Positions 17,797 to 26,564 of a stretch of DNA of 30,926 bases are shown here, piece by piece. The position numbers were made by a program, and so were the translations under genes. This DNA is from an uncultured Clostridia bacterium (GTDB lineage: Bacteria > Bacillota > Clostridia > Oscillospirales > Acutalibacteraceae): contig CAMHNT010000001.1 in NCBI GenBank assembly GCA_946186535.1, positions 1 to 30,926 on the forward strand. The letters are read 5' to 3'. The notes under the pieces were generated by a model, which saw only the letters and a program-made list of their open reading frames with translations, did no database searches and had not been told where the DNA came from. The stretch's first letter is position 1. Every line of letters begins with the position of its first letter.

Positions 17797-18196
17797 ATAA
17801 GAAATGAGCAAATTTGAAAATTACACAAAGAGGTTTGAAAGAGAACAGTTAAAGTTTTTGACGCACTTTTTTCAAAAAGTGCGCAGGATCCAAGGGCAGC
17901 GCCCTTGGTCGCCGTCCGTAGACGGCGAAACTCTCTTAGCGTTCAGCCCTTTGCAAGGGTGAATTTCAAAAACAGTCCGGCGGACTGTTTTTGAAAGAGG
18001 GACGCTTTGGCAGAAAGCGTCCCTTCCCCAAGGTAAAAAAACAAACTTTTCTCGCCGCTCCAAGGCGACTTGATCAAGTATATTTTTAAACTGTTCACAT
18101 GTTTTTTACTCATTCCGAAAACCTTCCCTTGGGTACAAAGCCCTTAACGATATATTACTCATAAAAAATGCCGCAATGCGGCATTTGTATAAAACC
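17797..18196 (-). repeat. Modular palindromic element, copy L4 (~400 bp, head to tail, type-2 body)
   Basis: Head at 18127-18196 (minus), body 17895-18030 matching 21885-21990, terminal hairpin gcactttttgaaaaaagtgc, tail atttgctcattt at 17802-17813. Confidence 0.8.
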
Positions 18197-18211
18197 ACGG
18201 AGGATTAAAAT

Positions 18212-19405
18212 ATGCTTAAAAATAAAACCATCGTTCTTGCGGTCAGCGGAAGCATTGCCGCCTACAAAATTGCCAACCTCGCGAGAATGTGCAAAAAACT
18301 CGGCGCCGATGTTCAGGTTCTCATGACTCAAAATGCCACAAATTTCATAAACCCCATCACTTTTGAAAGTCTCACCGGAAACAAGTGCCTTGTTGATACA
18401 TTCGACAGAAATTTTCAGTACAGCGTCGAGCATGTCGCTCTTGCGAAAAAATCCGATGTTGTAATGCTTGCCCCGGCGAGCGCAAACGTTATAGGAAAAA
18501 TCGCAAACGGCATTGCGGACGATATGCTTACCACAACCGTCATGGCGTGCCCGTGCAAAAAAATTGTGTCGCCTGCAATGAACCACAATATGTATCACAA
18601 TCCTATCGTACAGGACAACATCAAAAAGCTCGCTCATTTCGGATATGAGATAGTCGCTCCCGACAACGGCATGCTTGCAAACGGCGATATCGGAGACGGA
18701 AGAATGCCCGATGAAAGCGTTCTCCTACAGTATATTTTAAAAGAATGTGCATTTGAAAAGGACATGACAGGCGAGAAAGTTCTCGTTACGGCAGGCGCAA
18801 CCCGTGAGCCTATCGACCCTGTTCGCTTCATCACAAACCACTCTACGGGAAAAATGGGCTATGCTGTTGCAGAAAATGCAGCTCGCAGGGGTGCAGAGGT
18901 AACGCTCGTCACGGCGCACGCAGACATAGAACCACCTATGTTCGTAGACGTTGTAAAAGTATCAACTGCACAGGAGATGTTTGATGAGGTAACATCACGC
19001 TTCGAGGAAAGCACGATTGTTGTGAAGGCGGCGGCCGTTGCGGATTACCGTCCGAAAACCGTCGCAGACAATAAAATCAAAAAGTCGGACGGTGAAGCTG
19101 TTATCGAGCTTGAAAGAACGCCCGATATTCTGGCGGAGCTTGGCAGGAGAAAGAGCCGGCAGTTTCTTTGCGGTTTTTCCATGGAAACCGAAAATCTTGT
19201 GGAAAACTCAAGAGGAAAGCTTCTCCGGAAAAATCTTGACATGATAGCCGCAAACAATCTGAAAACCCGTGGCGCAGGGTTCGGAACAGACACAAACGTT
19301 GTTACCCTTATAACCCAGAACAACATAAAAGAGCTTGATATCATGAGCAAGCAGGAAGTCGCAGGGGCTATATTCGATGAGATTCTGAGAATAAAAAAAC
19401 AGTAA
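18212..19405 (+). CDS. coaBC: Bifunctional phosphopantothenoylcysteine decarboxylase/synthetase
   Basis: VSGSIAAYK, PASAN, PAMN, VTAGATREPIDPVRFITNHSTGKMG, AAVADY; SD GGAGG. Confidence 0.96.
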   Translation: MLKNKTIVLAVSGSIAAYKIANLARMCKKLGADVQVLMTQNATNFINPITFESLTGNKCLVDTFDRNFQYSVEHVALAKKSDVVMLAPASANVIGKIANGIADDMLTTTVMACPCKKIVSPAMNHNMYHNPIVQDNIKKLAHFGYEIVAPDNGMLANGDIGDGRMPDESVLLQYILKECAFEKDMTGEKVLVTAGATREPIDPVRFITNHSTGKMGYAVAENAARRGAEVTLVTAHADIEPPMFVDVVKVSTAQEMFDEVTSRFEESTIVVKAAAVADYRPKTVADNKIKKSDGEAVIELERTPDILAELGRRKSRQFLCGFSMETENLVENSRGKLLRKNLDMIAANNLKTRGAGFGTDTNVVTLITQNNIKELDIMSKQEVAGAIFDEILRIKKQ

Positions 19406-19416
19406 ATAGGCAAAAA

Positions 19417-19447
19417 TCAAAACCACCCATACAACGGGTGGTTTTGA
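19417..19447 (+). terminator. Hairpin after coaBC
   Basis: tcaaaaccaccc-atacaac-gggtggttttga 12-bp stem followed by ctttt. Confidence 0.65.
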
Positions 19448-19455
19448 CTTTTATA

Positions 19456-19782
19456 ATAAGTTAACCTGTTGTGCTATTAAAAGTGTTAAAACCATAAGAA
19501 ATTCTATGGGGGCGAACCACTGTCAGCAGGTTCGCCCCCACCCGAACTTTATCTCATGTTAAAGTTTATTCTGCCCCCACAGCTAAAGCATAAGTTCCGT
19601 CAGCCAATCGGCTATCGCCTTCGGCTCTGCCTCTTGGGACGTCACTCATCCGCTGAGTGGAGCATAGGGAATTTCGCTCGTTGCGACGAGCGAGCAGGGG
19701 CTCTGCCCCATGCACTGGTGTAAAACCACTAGGCTTCGCCGTCGCCCGCCAACTTTTGAAAAAGTTGGATCAAAACTTTAAT
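19456..19782 (+). repeat. Modular palindromic element, copy L5 (type-1 body)
   Basis: Inverted near-copy of 5592-5850; ends ccaacttttgaaaaagttggatcaaaactttt. Confidence 0.9.
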
Positions 19783-19810
19783 ATTGTTTTTAATAGCATA
19801 AAGCGTTAAG

Positions 19811-20584
19811 TTATGTATTAACCATAGCGTCCTTAACGCTCTTCACAAAATCATAAACATACGGTACGGAATCCTCTCCGTGCTCAGCAATGATTTTTAC
19901 AATAGCCGAGCCGATAATAATACCGTCCGCCTTCTTTGAAATATCGGCGGCCTGCTCGGGCGTTGAGATACCGAAACCTACTGCGACAGGGACGTCTGTG
20001 TTCTCTCTTACCTTCTTGACGATAGCTCCGATATCGGTCGTAATGCTGCTTCTCATGCCGGTAACGCCGAGCGACGAAACGCAGTAGATGAAGCCCTTTG
20101 CGTCCTTTGCGATAGTTGAAATTCTGTCGTCGGAAGTCGGTGCGATGAGAGAGATGAAATCAATTCCGTACTGCTCGCATACCGCCGCAAACTCTTCCTT
20201 CTCCTCAAAAGGCACGTCGGGAAGAATAATTCCGCTCATTCCGACCTCCGCCGAGGTTTTCACAAAACGCTCGATACCGTAGGAAAAAACAACGTTTGCA
20301 TACGTCATAAAAACAAGCGGTATGGACAGCTTCGGGCGGACTCTTCTTACCATATCGAATATCTTGTCTGTGGTAACTCCTGCCGACAATGCTCTGATGT
20401 TTGCTCCCTGAATTACGGGGCCCTCGGCTGTCGGGTCGGAGAAAGGAATACCAAGCTCAATCAGGTCTACTCCGCCTTTCTCCATTGTGAGGAGAATTTC
20501 CTCGGTTGTTTCGAGGTTCGGATCACCGCAGGTGATGAAAGATATAAATGCTTTTTTGTTGTTGAATGCGTCTGCCGTTCTCAT
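19811..20584 (-). CDS. trpA: Tryptophan synthase alpha chain
   Basis: [42 protein letters not shown]. Confidence 0.97.
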   Translation of the reverse strand: MRTADAFNNKKAFISFITCGDPNLETTEEILLTMEKGGVDLIELGIPFSDPTAEGPVIQGANIRALSAGVTTDKIFDMVRRVRPKLSIPLVFMTYANVVFSYGIERFVKTSAEVGMSGIILPDVPFEEKEEFAAVCEQYGIDFISLIAPTSDDRISTIAKDAKGFIYCVSSLGVTGMRSSITTDIGAIVKKVRENTDVPVAVGFGISTPEQAADISKKADGIIIGSAIVKIIAEHGEDSVPYVYDFVKSVKDAMVNT

Positions 20585-21765
20585 TCTGAAATGTCCTCCC
20601 CTCTGTATCTTGCGATAGCGGCACAGTCCTTGTCTCCTCTGCCCGAAACAGTTATAACCATGATCTGATCCTTTGACATTGTCGGCGCTATCTTCAGAGC
20701 GTGAGCTATTGCGTGCGAGCTTTCGATTGCCGGAATAATGCCCTCTGTTCTTGAAAGATATTCAAAAGCGTTAACTGCTTCGTCGTCCGTTACGGCAACG
20801 TATTCCGCTCTTCCGATGTCGTGCAGATATGCGTGCTCCGGACCTACTCCCGGATAGTCAAGACCTGCGGATATCGAATAAACCGGTGCGATCTGACCGT
20901 ATTCGTCCTGACAGAAATAGCTCTTCATGCCGTGGAAAATTCCGAGCTTGCCGGTTGCGATAGTTGCGGCTGTCTCGAATGTGTCGATTCCTCTTCCGGC
21001 AGCTTCACAGCCGATGAGACGAACTCCCTCGTCCTCAATAAAATTATAGAAAGTACCGATAGCGTTCGAGCCGCCGCCGACACATGCGAGCACAGCGTCG
21101 GGAAGTCTGCCTTCTTTTTCAAGACACTGTTCCTTGATTTCCTTCGAGATAACAGCCTGAAAATCTCTTACGATCGTCGGGAACGGATGAGGTCCCATGA
21201 CGGAACCGAGAACATAATGTGTGTCGGAGATTCTACTCGTCCACTCTCTCATGGCCTCGGAAACTGCGTCCTTAAGAGTCGCCGTGCCTGTTTTTACGGC
21301 GTTGACCTTTGCTCCGAGAAGGCGCATTTTGTATACGTTGAGCGCCTGACGCTTTGTGTCCTCCTCGCCCATGAACACTTCACATTCGAGTCCGAACAGC
21401 GCCGCCGCCGTAGCCGTTGCAACGCCGTGCTGACCTGCGCCTGTTTCGGCGATAACTCTTGTCTTTCCCATTTTCTTTGCGAGCAGAGCCTGTCCGAGAA
21501 CGTTGTTGATCTTGTGCGCACCTGTGTGATTAAGGTCCTCACGCTTAAGATAGATTTTCGCACCGCCTAAATCCTTTGTCATTTTCTCTGCATAGTAAAG
21601 ACGTGACGGTCTGCCTGCGTATTCGTTGAAAAGCGTTGAGAGCTCTCTGTTGAATTCGGGGTCGTTCTTGTAGTGATTATATGCCTCTTCAAGCTCTATA
21701 ACGGCATTCATAAGTGTTTCGGGGATATACTGTCCGCCGTGTATGCCGAATTTTCCGTTTGACAT
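20581..21765 (-). CDS. trpB: Tryptophan synthase beta chain
   Basis: [15 protein letters not shown] (PLP Lys), [27 protein letters not shown]. Confidence 0.98.
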   Translation of the reverse strand: MSNGKFGIHGGQYIPETLMNAVIELEEAYNHYKNDPEFNRELSTLFNEYAGRPSRLYYAEKMTKDLGGAKIYLKREDLNHTGAHKINNVLGQALLAKKMGKTRVIAETGAGQHGVATATAAALFGLECEVFMGEEDTKRQALNVYKMRLLGAKVNAVKTGTATLKDAVSEAMREWTSRISDTHYVLGSVMGPHPFPTIVRDFQAVISKEIKEQCLEKEGRLPDAVLACVGGGSNAIGTFYNFIEDEGVRLIGCEAAGRGIDTFETAATIATGKLGIFHGMKSYFCQDEYGQIAPVYSISAGLDYPGVGPEHAYLHDIGRAEYVAVTDDEAVNAFEYLSRTEGIIPAIESSHAIAHALKIAPTMSKDQIMVITVSGRGDKDCAAIARYRGEDISE

Positions 21766-21814
21766 AATTTTCAGCTCCTTTTTATTTACTCTTAATAATT
21801 CAAGTTTTTCACCA

Positions 21815-21990
21815 TTTAAAGTTTTGATCCAACTTTTTCAAAAGTTGGCGGATTCCAAAGGCAGAGCCTTTGGTCGGCGGTCGCAACCGCCGAAACACCT
21901 TAGCGTTCAGCCCTCTGCAAAGGGTGAAGCCGAAAACAGTCCGGGGGACTGTTTTCGGAGAGGGAACGCTCTGGCAGAGAGCGTTCCCTA
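21815..21990 (-). repeat. Modular palindromic element, copy L6a (type-2 body)
   Basis: Collinear with 17851-18030: terminal hairpin, ggcagagcc, cggcggt-cgca-accgccg, aacagtcc-ggactgtt, gggaacgctct-agagcgttccc. Confidence 0.88.
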
Positions 21991-22010
21991 AATCGGGAGA
22001 ACAAATTGCT

Positions 22011-22230
22011 ATAAGTTAACCTGTTGTGCAATTAAAAGTGTCTAAACCGTAAGTTTTTCCATGGGGGCGAACCACTGTCAGCAGGTTCGCCCCCACCCAA
22101 ACTTGGTTTCAGGTGAAAGTTTATTCTCCGCTGAGTGGAGAATAAAGGAGTTTAGCTCGTTGCGACGAGCGACCAAAGGCTCTGCCTTTGGAAACCGCAA
22201 GCCTTTGAAAAGGCTTGTGCGAAACTTTAA
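22011..22230 (+). repeat. Modular palindromic element, copy L6b (type-1 body lacking a 77-bp module)
   Basis: Collinear with 19456-19700 except for 19573-19649; ends caagcctttgaaaaggcttg..aaactttaa two bases from the trpF stop. Confidence 0.88.
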
Positions 22231-22232
22231 TA

Positions 22233-22838
22233 TTAACAGTTTCTTAATGTTTTAACAGCCTCAAAAATCTTCTCCCTATCCTTAACTCCGTCCGTTTCAA
22301 CCCCCGAGCTCAAATCAACAGCCCATGGGCTGACCTGCTTAACGGCTTTCGGAATGTTCTCGCTGTTCAGTCCTCCTGCCAGTATAAATTCACGGTTTAT
22401 CCCCGATACGACCGACCAGTCGAACGTCTTTCCGCAGCCTGTTCCGCTGTCGAGAAGAACCTTGTCGGCGGAGCTTTTTTCGGCTTTCAAAATATCATCG
22501 TCGGATTTTATAACGAACGCTTTCCAGACCTGTGTGTCGGGTATCAGCTTCCGAAGATTTTTTATATAATCCTCGTTCTCCGAACCGTGAAGCTGGACAA
22601 TATTTATTATACCGTTTTTCACAAGCTCTGCAATGCTCTCGATCGGATAATCGATAAAAACTCCAACAGTCGGAATATTTTTATCTATAAGACCTCTCAG
22701 GCGCTCTGCACGGTCATGATCGATATTTCGCTTGCTGAACGGAACGCCGATAATAAAACCTACATAATCGGGCTTTGCTTCGTTAACATATTCTGCGTCG
22801 ACATCACGTGAAAGACCGCATATTTTTATTTTTGCCAT
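22233..22838 (-). CDS. trpF: Phosphoribosylanthranilate isomerase
   Basis: KIKICGL, VQLHGSE, LLDSGTG, ILAGGLN, DLSSGVE. Confidence 0.95.
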   Translation of the reverse strand: MAKIKICGLSRDVDAEYVNEAKPDYVGFIIGVPFSKRNIDHDRAERLRGLIDKNIPTVGVFIDYPIESIAELVKNGIINIVQLHGSENEDYIKNLRKLIPDTQVWKAFVIKSDDDILKAEKSSADKVLLDSGTGCGKTFDWSVVSGINREFILAGGLNSENIPKAVKQVSPWAVDLSSGVETDGVKDREKIFEAVKTLRNC

Positions 22839-23618
22839 TTACAGACCCTCTCTCATTTTCTTCAGGAACTCGCCCTTTCTGTCGGTTCTCATGAGAGCCT
22901 CGCCGATAAGCACTGCGTCCGCTCCGCTTTTCAGAAGCTGAGCGCCGTCCTCGGGAGACGAAACGCCGCTTTCCGCAACGTATACGGCACTTTCGGGGAT
23001 AAATTCACGGAGAGTCAGAGCGTTGTCGAAGTTAACAGTGAAGTCCTTTAAATTGCGGTTGTTGACTCCGATAACTCTTGCGCCGATTCTGACGGCTGTT
23101 TCGATTTCCTCTTTGTCGTGAGTTTCGACAAGTGCGGTAATTCCGAGCGTGTCGCAGATTGAGAGATATTCTCTGAGCTTATCCTCGCTGAGTATAGCGC
23201 ATATCAGCAGAACTGCGTCCGCACCCATGACCTTTGCCTGATATATCTGATATTCGTCAACCGTGAAATCCTTGCGTATCATTGGAATAGTAACGGCACT
23301 GCGGATTTCCTTGAAGATCTCGTCGCTTCCCAAAAACCACTTCGGCTCGGTGAGACATGAAATGCAGTCGGCGCCGACTCTTTCGTATTCCTTGGCAATT
23401 TCAAGATAGGGGAAATCCTCGCTTATAATGCCCTTTGAGGGGGAAGCCTTTTTGACCTCGCAGATAGCCGAGCCTTTCGGATTTTTCAGGGCTTTTTCAA
23501 ATCGGAATTCACCCTTTGGCAGAGATAAAGCAAGCTTCTTTATTTCATCAAGGCTTACTTTTTCCTTGTCCTTTTTAACACGCTCCTCTGCGTAGTTTGC
23601 TAAATCATCAAGTATCAT
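22839..23618 (-). CDS. trpC: Indole-3-glycerol phosphate synthase
   Basis: EVKKASPSKG, SCLTE, RKDF, GVNNRNL, ESG, LIGEALM. Confidence 0.96.
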   Translation of the reverse strand: MILDDLANYAEERVKKDKEKVSLDEIKKLALSLPKGEFRFEKALKNPKGSAICEVKKASPSKGIISEDFPYLEIAKEYERVGADCISCLTEPKWFLGSDEIFKEIRSAVTIPMIRKDFTVDEYQIYQAKVMGADAVLLICAILSEDKLREYLSICDTLGITALVETHDKEEIETAVRIGARVIGVNNRNLKDFTVNFDNALTLREFIPESAVYVAESGVSSPEDGAQLLKSGADAVLIGEALMRTDRKGEFLKKMREGL

Positions 23619-23619
23619 A

Positions 23620-23994
23620 TTAGTTCCTCCTTATCATAACGCCCTTCATATATTCCGAATCATTATGACATTCGTAAACGATCTGTTTTTCCTCTTCGGT
23701 ACAGCCGATCAGAATTTTTATCTCCGAATCCCTTTTCAGCAAATCCACCGTACAGATAACCGCGTCTATATTTCGTGATTTATCCGAGCCTACCCATACA
23801 TCTATTCCGTCGCCGTCGGGCGAACTTGAATTTTTCAGATATCCGTAATCAACCTCATAGATAAAGTCGGGATAGCGTGGGTGTGCTGTACCCTTCGGAC
23901 GGTCTATGACAATTTCCGAGCTTTCTGCAAGCTTGTCGAGAAGCTCCCAGAATTCGGGGTTTTTATCGCTTAAAAACAATGTATCATCAGCCAT
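23620..23994 (-). CDS. Short inorganic-pyrophosphatase-like protein
   Basis: IDRPKG, DYGY and DGDGIDV resemble family I PPase motifs; only 124 aa; start uncertain. Confidence 0.65.
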   Translation of the reverse strand: MADDTLFLSDKNPEFWELLDKLAESSEIVIDRPKGTAHPRYPDFIYEVDYGYLKNSSSPDGDGIDVWVGSDKSRNIDAVICTVDLLKRDSEIKILIGCTEEEKQIVYECHNDSEYMKGVMIRRN

Positions 23995-24455
23995 TCGGTT
24001 TCATTCGCTCCCTCTCCTATAATTTCAAATCCAACCTTTTCATACATTCTTACCGCATAGTTTTTCTTGTTTACTCCGAGGGAAACCTTTTTGTATCCCT
24101 TGTTTCTTAAGTATTCGAGTATTTTTGTCATCAAAGCCGTTCCAATTCCTTGACCTCTGTATTCCTTGAAGAGCGAGATTGAAAGGGAGGGTGTTTCCTC
24201 GTCGATGTGACCATACTCGTTTGCAACAGCCGCCCAGACTGCTCCTATTACTTTTCCGTTAACCTCTGCAACTAAGCAGTAATCATCGGGTCGTGTTCCG
24301 AAATCCTTTATCGCACTGTAAACCATAGGATCATCATAAATAATGCTTCTGGGAACCTCTTCCGTGTACCAATCGGGAATGAATATTGCTTCGTACAGAA
24401 AATCCTCCAGAAGCGGAAGCTCATCATTTCGCATTTCCCTTATTGTATATTCCAT
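23970..24455 (-). CDS. GNAT-family N-acetyltransferase
   Basis: YRGQGIGTALM acetyl-CoA motif, NYAVRMYEKVGF. Confidence 0.88.
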   Translation of the reverse strand: MEYTIREMRNDELPLLEDFLYEAIFIPDWYTEEVPRSIIYDDPMVYSAIKDFGTRPDDYCLVAEVNGKVIGAVWAAVANEYGHIDEETPSLSISLFKEYRGQGIGTALMTKILEYLRNKGYKKVSLGVNKKNYAVRMYEKVGFEIIGEGANETEWLMIHCF

Positions 24456-24470
24456 ACGTTTTATTCACCA

Positions 24471-24857
24471 TCAGTCAAGCAGGGTCGTACCGTATGAATT
24501 GTCAATCGCACAAAGCCATTTTCCGTCAACCTTCCTGTAAACGTAGGTCGCACGTCTTTCCATACTGTACTCGGAGGTTTCCTTGTTTTCCGCATCAAGA
24601 AGAGTCTGCGACAGAACAAGAACAGTGTCGCCTGCTTCAATCATCAGCATTTTACCCTGAGTAGGCTCAATGGTGTTTTTGAAATACTCGGCAATTTTTA
24701 TGAATGCGTTTTTTATCTTTTCCTTGCCCTGAACCTCCAGTCCCGGTCTTACGACAAGAACCGCATCATCGGTATAGAAATTCATGAGGTCGTCAAAGCG
24801 TTCTTCCTTTATAGCCTTGTCGGCTTGGTCTATCAAATTCTTTATTGTTTCATTCAC
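24471..24857 (-). CDS. SnoaL/NTF2-like (YybH/DUF4440-type) protein
   Basis: [30 protein letters not shown]; GTG start after SD GAGAGGTG. Confidence 0.75.
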   Translation of the reverse strand: MNETIKNLIDQADKAIKEERFDDLMNFYTDDAVLVVRPGLEVQGKEKIKNAFIKIAEYFKNTIEPTQGKMLMIEAGDTVLVLSQTLLDAENKETSEYSMERRATYVYRKVDGKWLCAIDNSYGTTLLD

Positions 24858-24990
24858 TGTGCTTCACCTCTCTGTAATTTTTTCATTAACCCTGTTCTGT
24901 ATCTTTGATTATTTTTTAGTATTATATCTCCAATCATGCCTACAAGGCATATCAAATATATGCACCTTGTAAGCATAATACCTTTAAAAA

Positions 24991-25995
24991 TTACTCATTA
25001 GTAGCCTTAATGAACTCCTCAAGCTTAGCGAGAGCCTTACCGCTGTCAATAGTCTCCTCGGCCTCCTTTACCGCAGATGCAAAATCAATACCCTTTGCAA
25101 CGTGCAAACCTGCGGCAACGTTGAGAACTACCGCATTTCTCTTTGCGCCCTTGACACCGTTTAAAATATCTCTTGTAATCTGTGCGTTCTCTTCGGGAGT
25201 TCCGCCCACAAGCTCCGATTTGTCGCAAAGCTCGAAGCAGTAATCTCTCGGGTCAAGCTCGTATGTCTTGAAGTCGCCGCCGTTTATTTCGCATACAAGA
25301 GTCTTTGCGCTTGCGGAAATCTCGTCAAGTCCGTCTGTTCCGTAAACTACCATACCCTTTGTAACGCCGAGCTTGTAAAGCACATTTGCCATAGGCTCGA
25401 CAAGGTCAGCGCTGTAAACACCCATAACCTGCATTGTTGCGCTTGCCGGGTTTGTGAGAGGTCCTAAGATGTTGAATACAGTGCGAATAGCAAGCTCCTT
25501 CCTTACGGGACCCACGTACTTCATAGCCGCATGGTATGTCTGTGCGAAAAGGAAGCAAATTCCGACCTCATCGAGAACCTTTTCGTTTTTTTCGGGAGTG
25601 ATTGAGATATTTACTCCGAGCGCCTCCAGAACATCAGCTGCACCGCTCTTGCTCGACGCTGCACGGTTGCCGTGCTTTGCAACGTTAATTCCTGCGGCTG
25701 CAAGTACGATTGAGGATGTGGTGGAGATGTTGAAGGAATTCGAGCGGTCGCCGCCCGTGCCTACGATTTCAAGAAGCTCTTTGCTGCTCTGAAGCTGTGT
25801 TGCGTGCTTTCTCATGCCCCTTGCGGACGCTACGATTTCATCGATAGTTTCGCCCTTCATCGAAAGAGCAGTGAGATAAGCGGCAGTCTGAACCTGGGAT
25901 GTCTGACCGCTCATGATTTCGTCCATAACCTGTTCTACAACCTCGGGTGCGAGGTCTTTTTTGTTTGAAAGATCGATAATTGCTTCCTTTATCAT
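24991..25995 (-). CDS. trpD: Anthranilate phosphoribosyltransferase
   Basis: IVGTGGD, FNIST, KHGNRAASSKSGAADVLEALG, RTVFNILGPL. Confidence 0.97.
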   Translation of the reverse strand: MIKEAIIDLSNKKDLAPEVVEQVMDEIMSGQTSQVQTAAYLTALSMKGETIDEIVASARGMRKHATQLQSSKELLEIVGTGGDRSNSFNISTTSSIVLAAAGINVAKHGNRAASSKSGAADVLEALGVNISITPEKNEKVLDEVGICFLFAQTYHAAMKYVGPVRKELAIRTVFNILGPLTNPASATMQVMGVYSADLVEPMANVLYKLGVTKGMVVYGTDGLDEISASAKTLVCEINGGDFKTYELDPRDYCFELCDKSELVGGTPEENAQITRDILNGVKGAKRNAVVLNVAAGLHVAKGIDFASAVKEAEETIDSGKALAKLEEFIKATNE

Positions 25996-26564
25996 TTTGA
26001 TGTTACCTCCAGAAAGTTTTTGATTATTGTATTGCCGTCCGGCGTTAAAATCGATTCGGGGTGAAACTGAAGTCCATAAACCGGATAGTCTTTGTGGCGT
26101 ACAGCCATGATTTCGCCGTCGTCCGCCACGGCTATGATATTAAGTTTTTCGGGGAAATTTTCCTCCCGTGCGGAAAGCGAATGATAGCGTGCGACCTGAA
26201 TATTCTCGGGAAGGCTTTCGAATATTTCGTCCTTTTCGATTTTCACGATTGACGACTTTCCGTGAAAAAGTTTCTTTGCGTATGAAACGGTCGCTCCGAA
26301 TGCTTCGCATATCGATTGATGTCCAAGACAAACGCCCAGGATAGGGAACTTGTCATAAAGCTTCTTTACAGTCTCAATGCAAACTCCTGCGTCCGACGGT
26401 TTTCCCGGACCGGGGGACAAAATAATATGAGAGGGATTCAGGGCTTCGATTTCCTCGACCGTCATTGCGTCGTTCCGGATAACCTTGATATCGGGGTTTA
26501 TTGCACCGATTGCCTGATATAAATTATATGAAAAGCTGTCGTAATTATCAATAAGTAAAATCAT
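25992..26564 (-). CDS. trpG: Anthranilate synthase component II
   Basis: LLIDNYDSF, SPGPG, GVCLGHQ, RYHSL, QFHPES. Confidence 0.96.
   Translation of the reverse strand: MILLIDNYDSFSYNLYQAIGAINPDIKVIRNDAMTVEEIEALNPSHIILSPGPGKPSDAGVCIETVKKLYDKFPILGVCLGHQSICEAFGATVSYAKKLFHGKSSIVKIEKDEIFESLPENIQVARYHSLSAREENFPEKLNIIAVADDGEIMAVRHKDYPVYGLQFHPESILTPDGNTIIKNFLEVTSK

Noticed and set aside
20821-21570. Long antisense ORFs (also 12203-12892, 29344-29937, 2459-3097, 4355-4933, 6101-6721, 8291-8869)
   Set aside because: They are shadows of well-supported genes on the opposite strand, with no motifs or SD.
23620-24857. Integron-like cassette array
   Set aside because: The three genes overlap or are 15 bp apart, with no repeated attC-like sites and no integrase.
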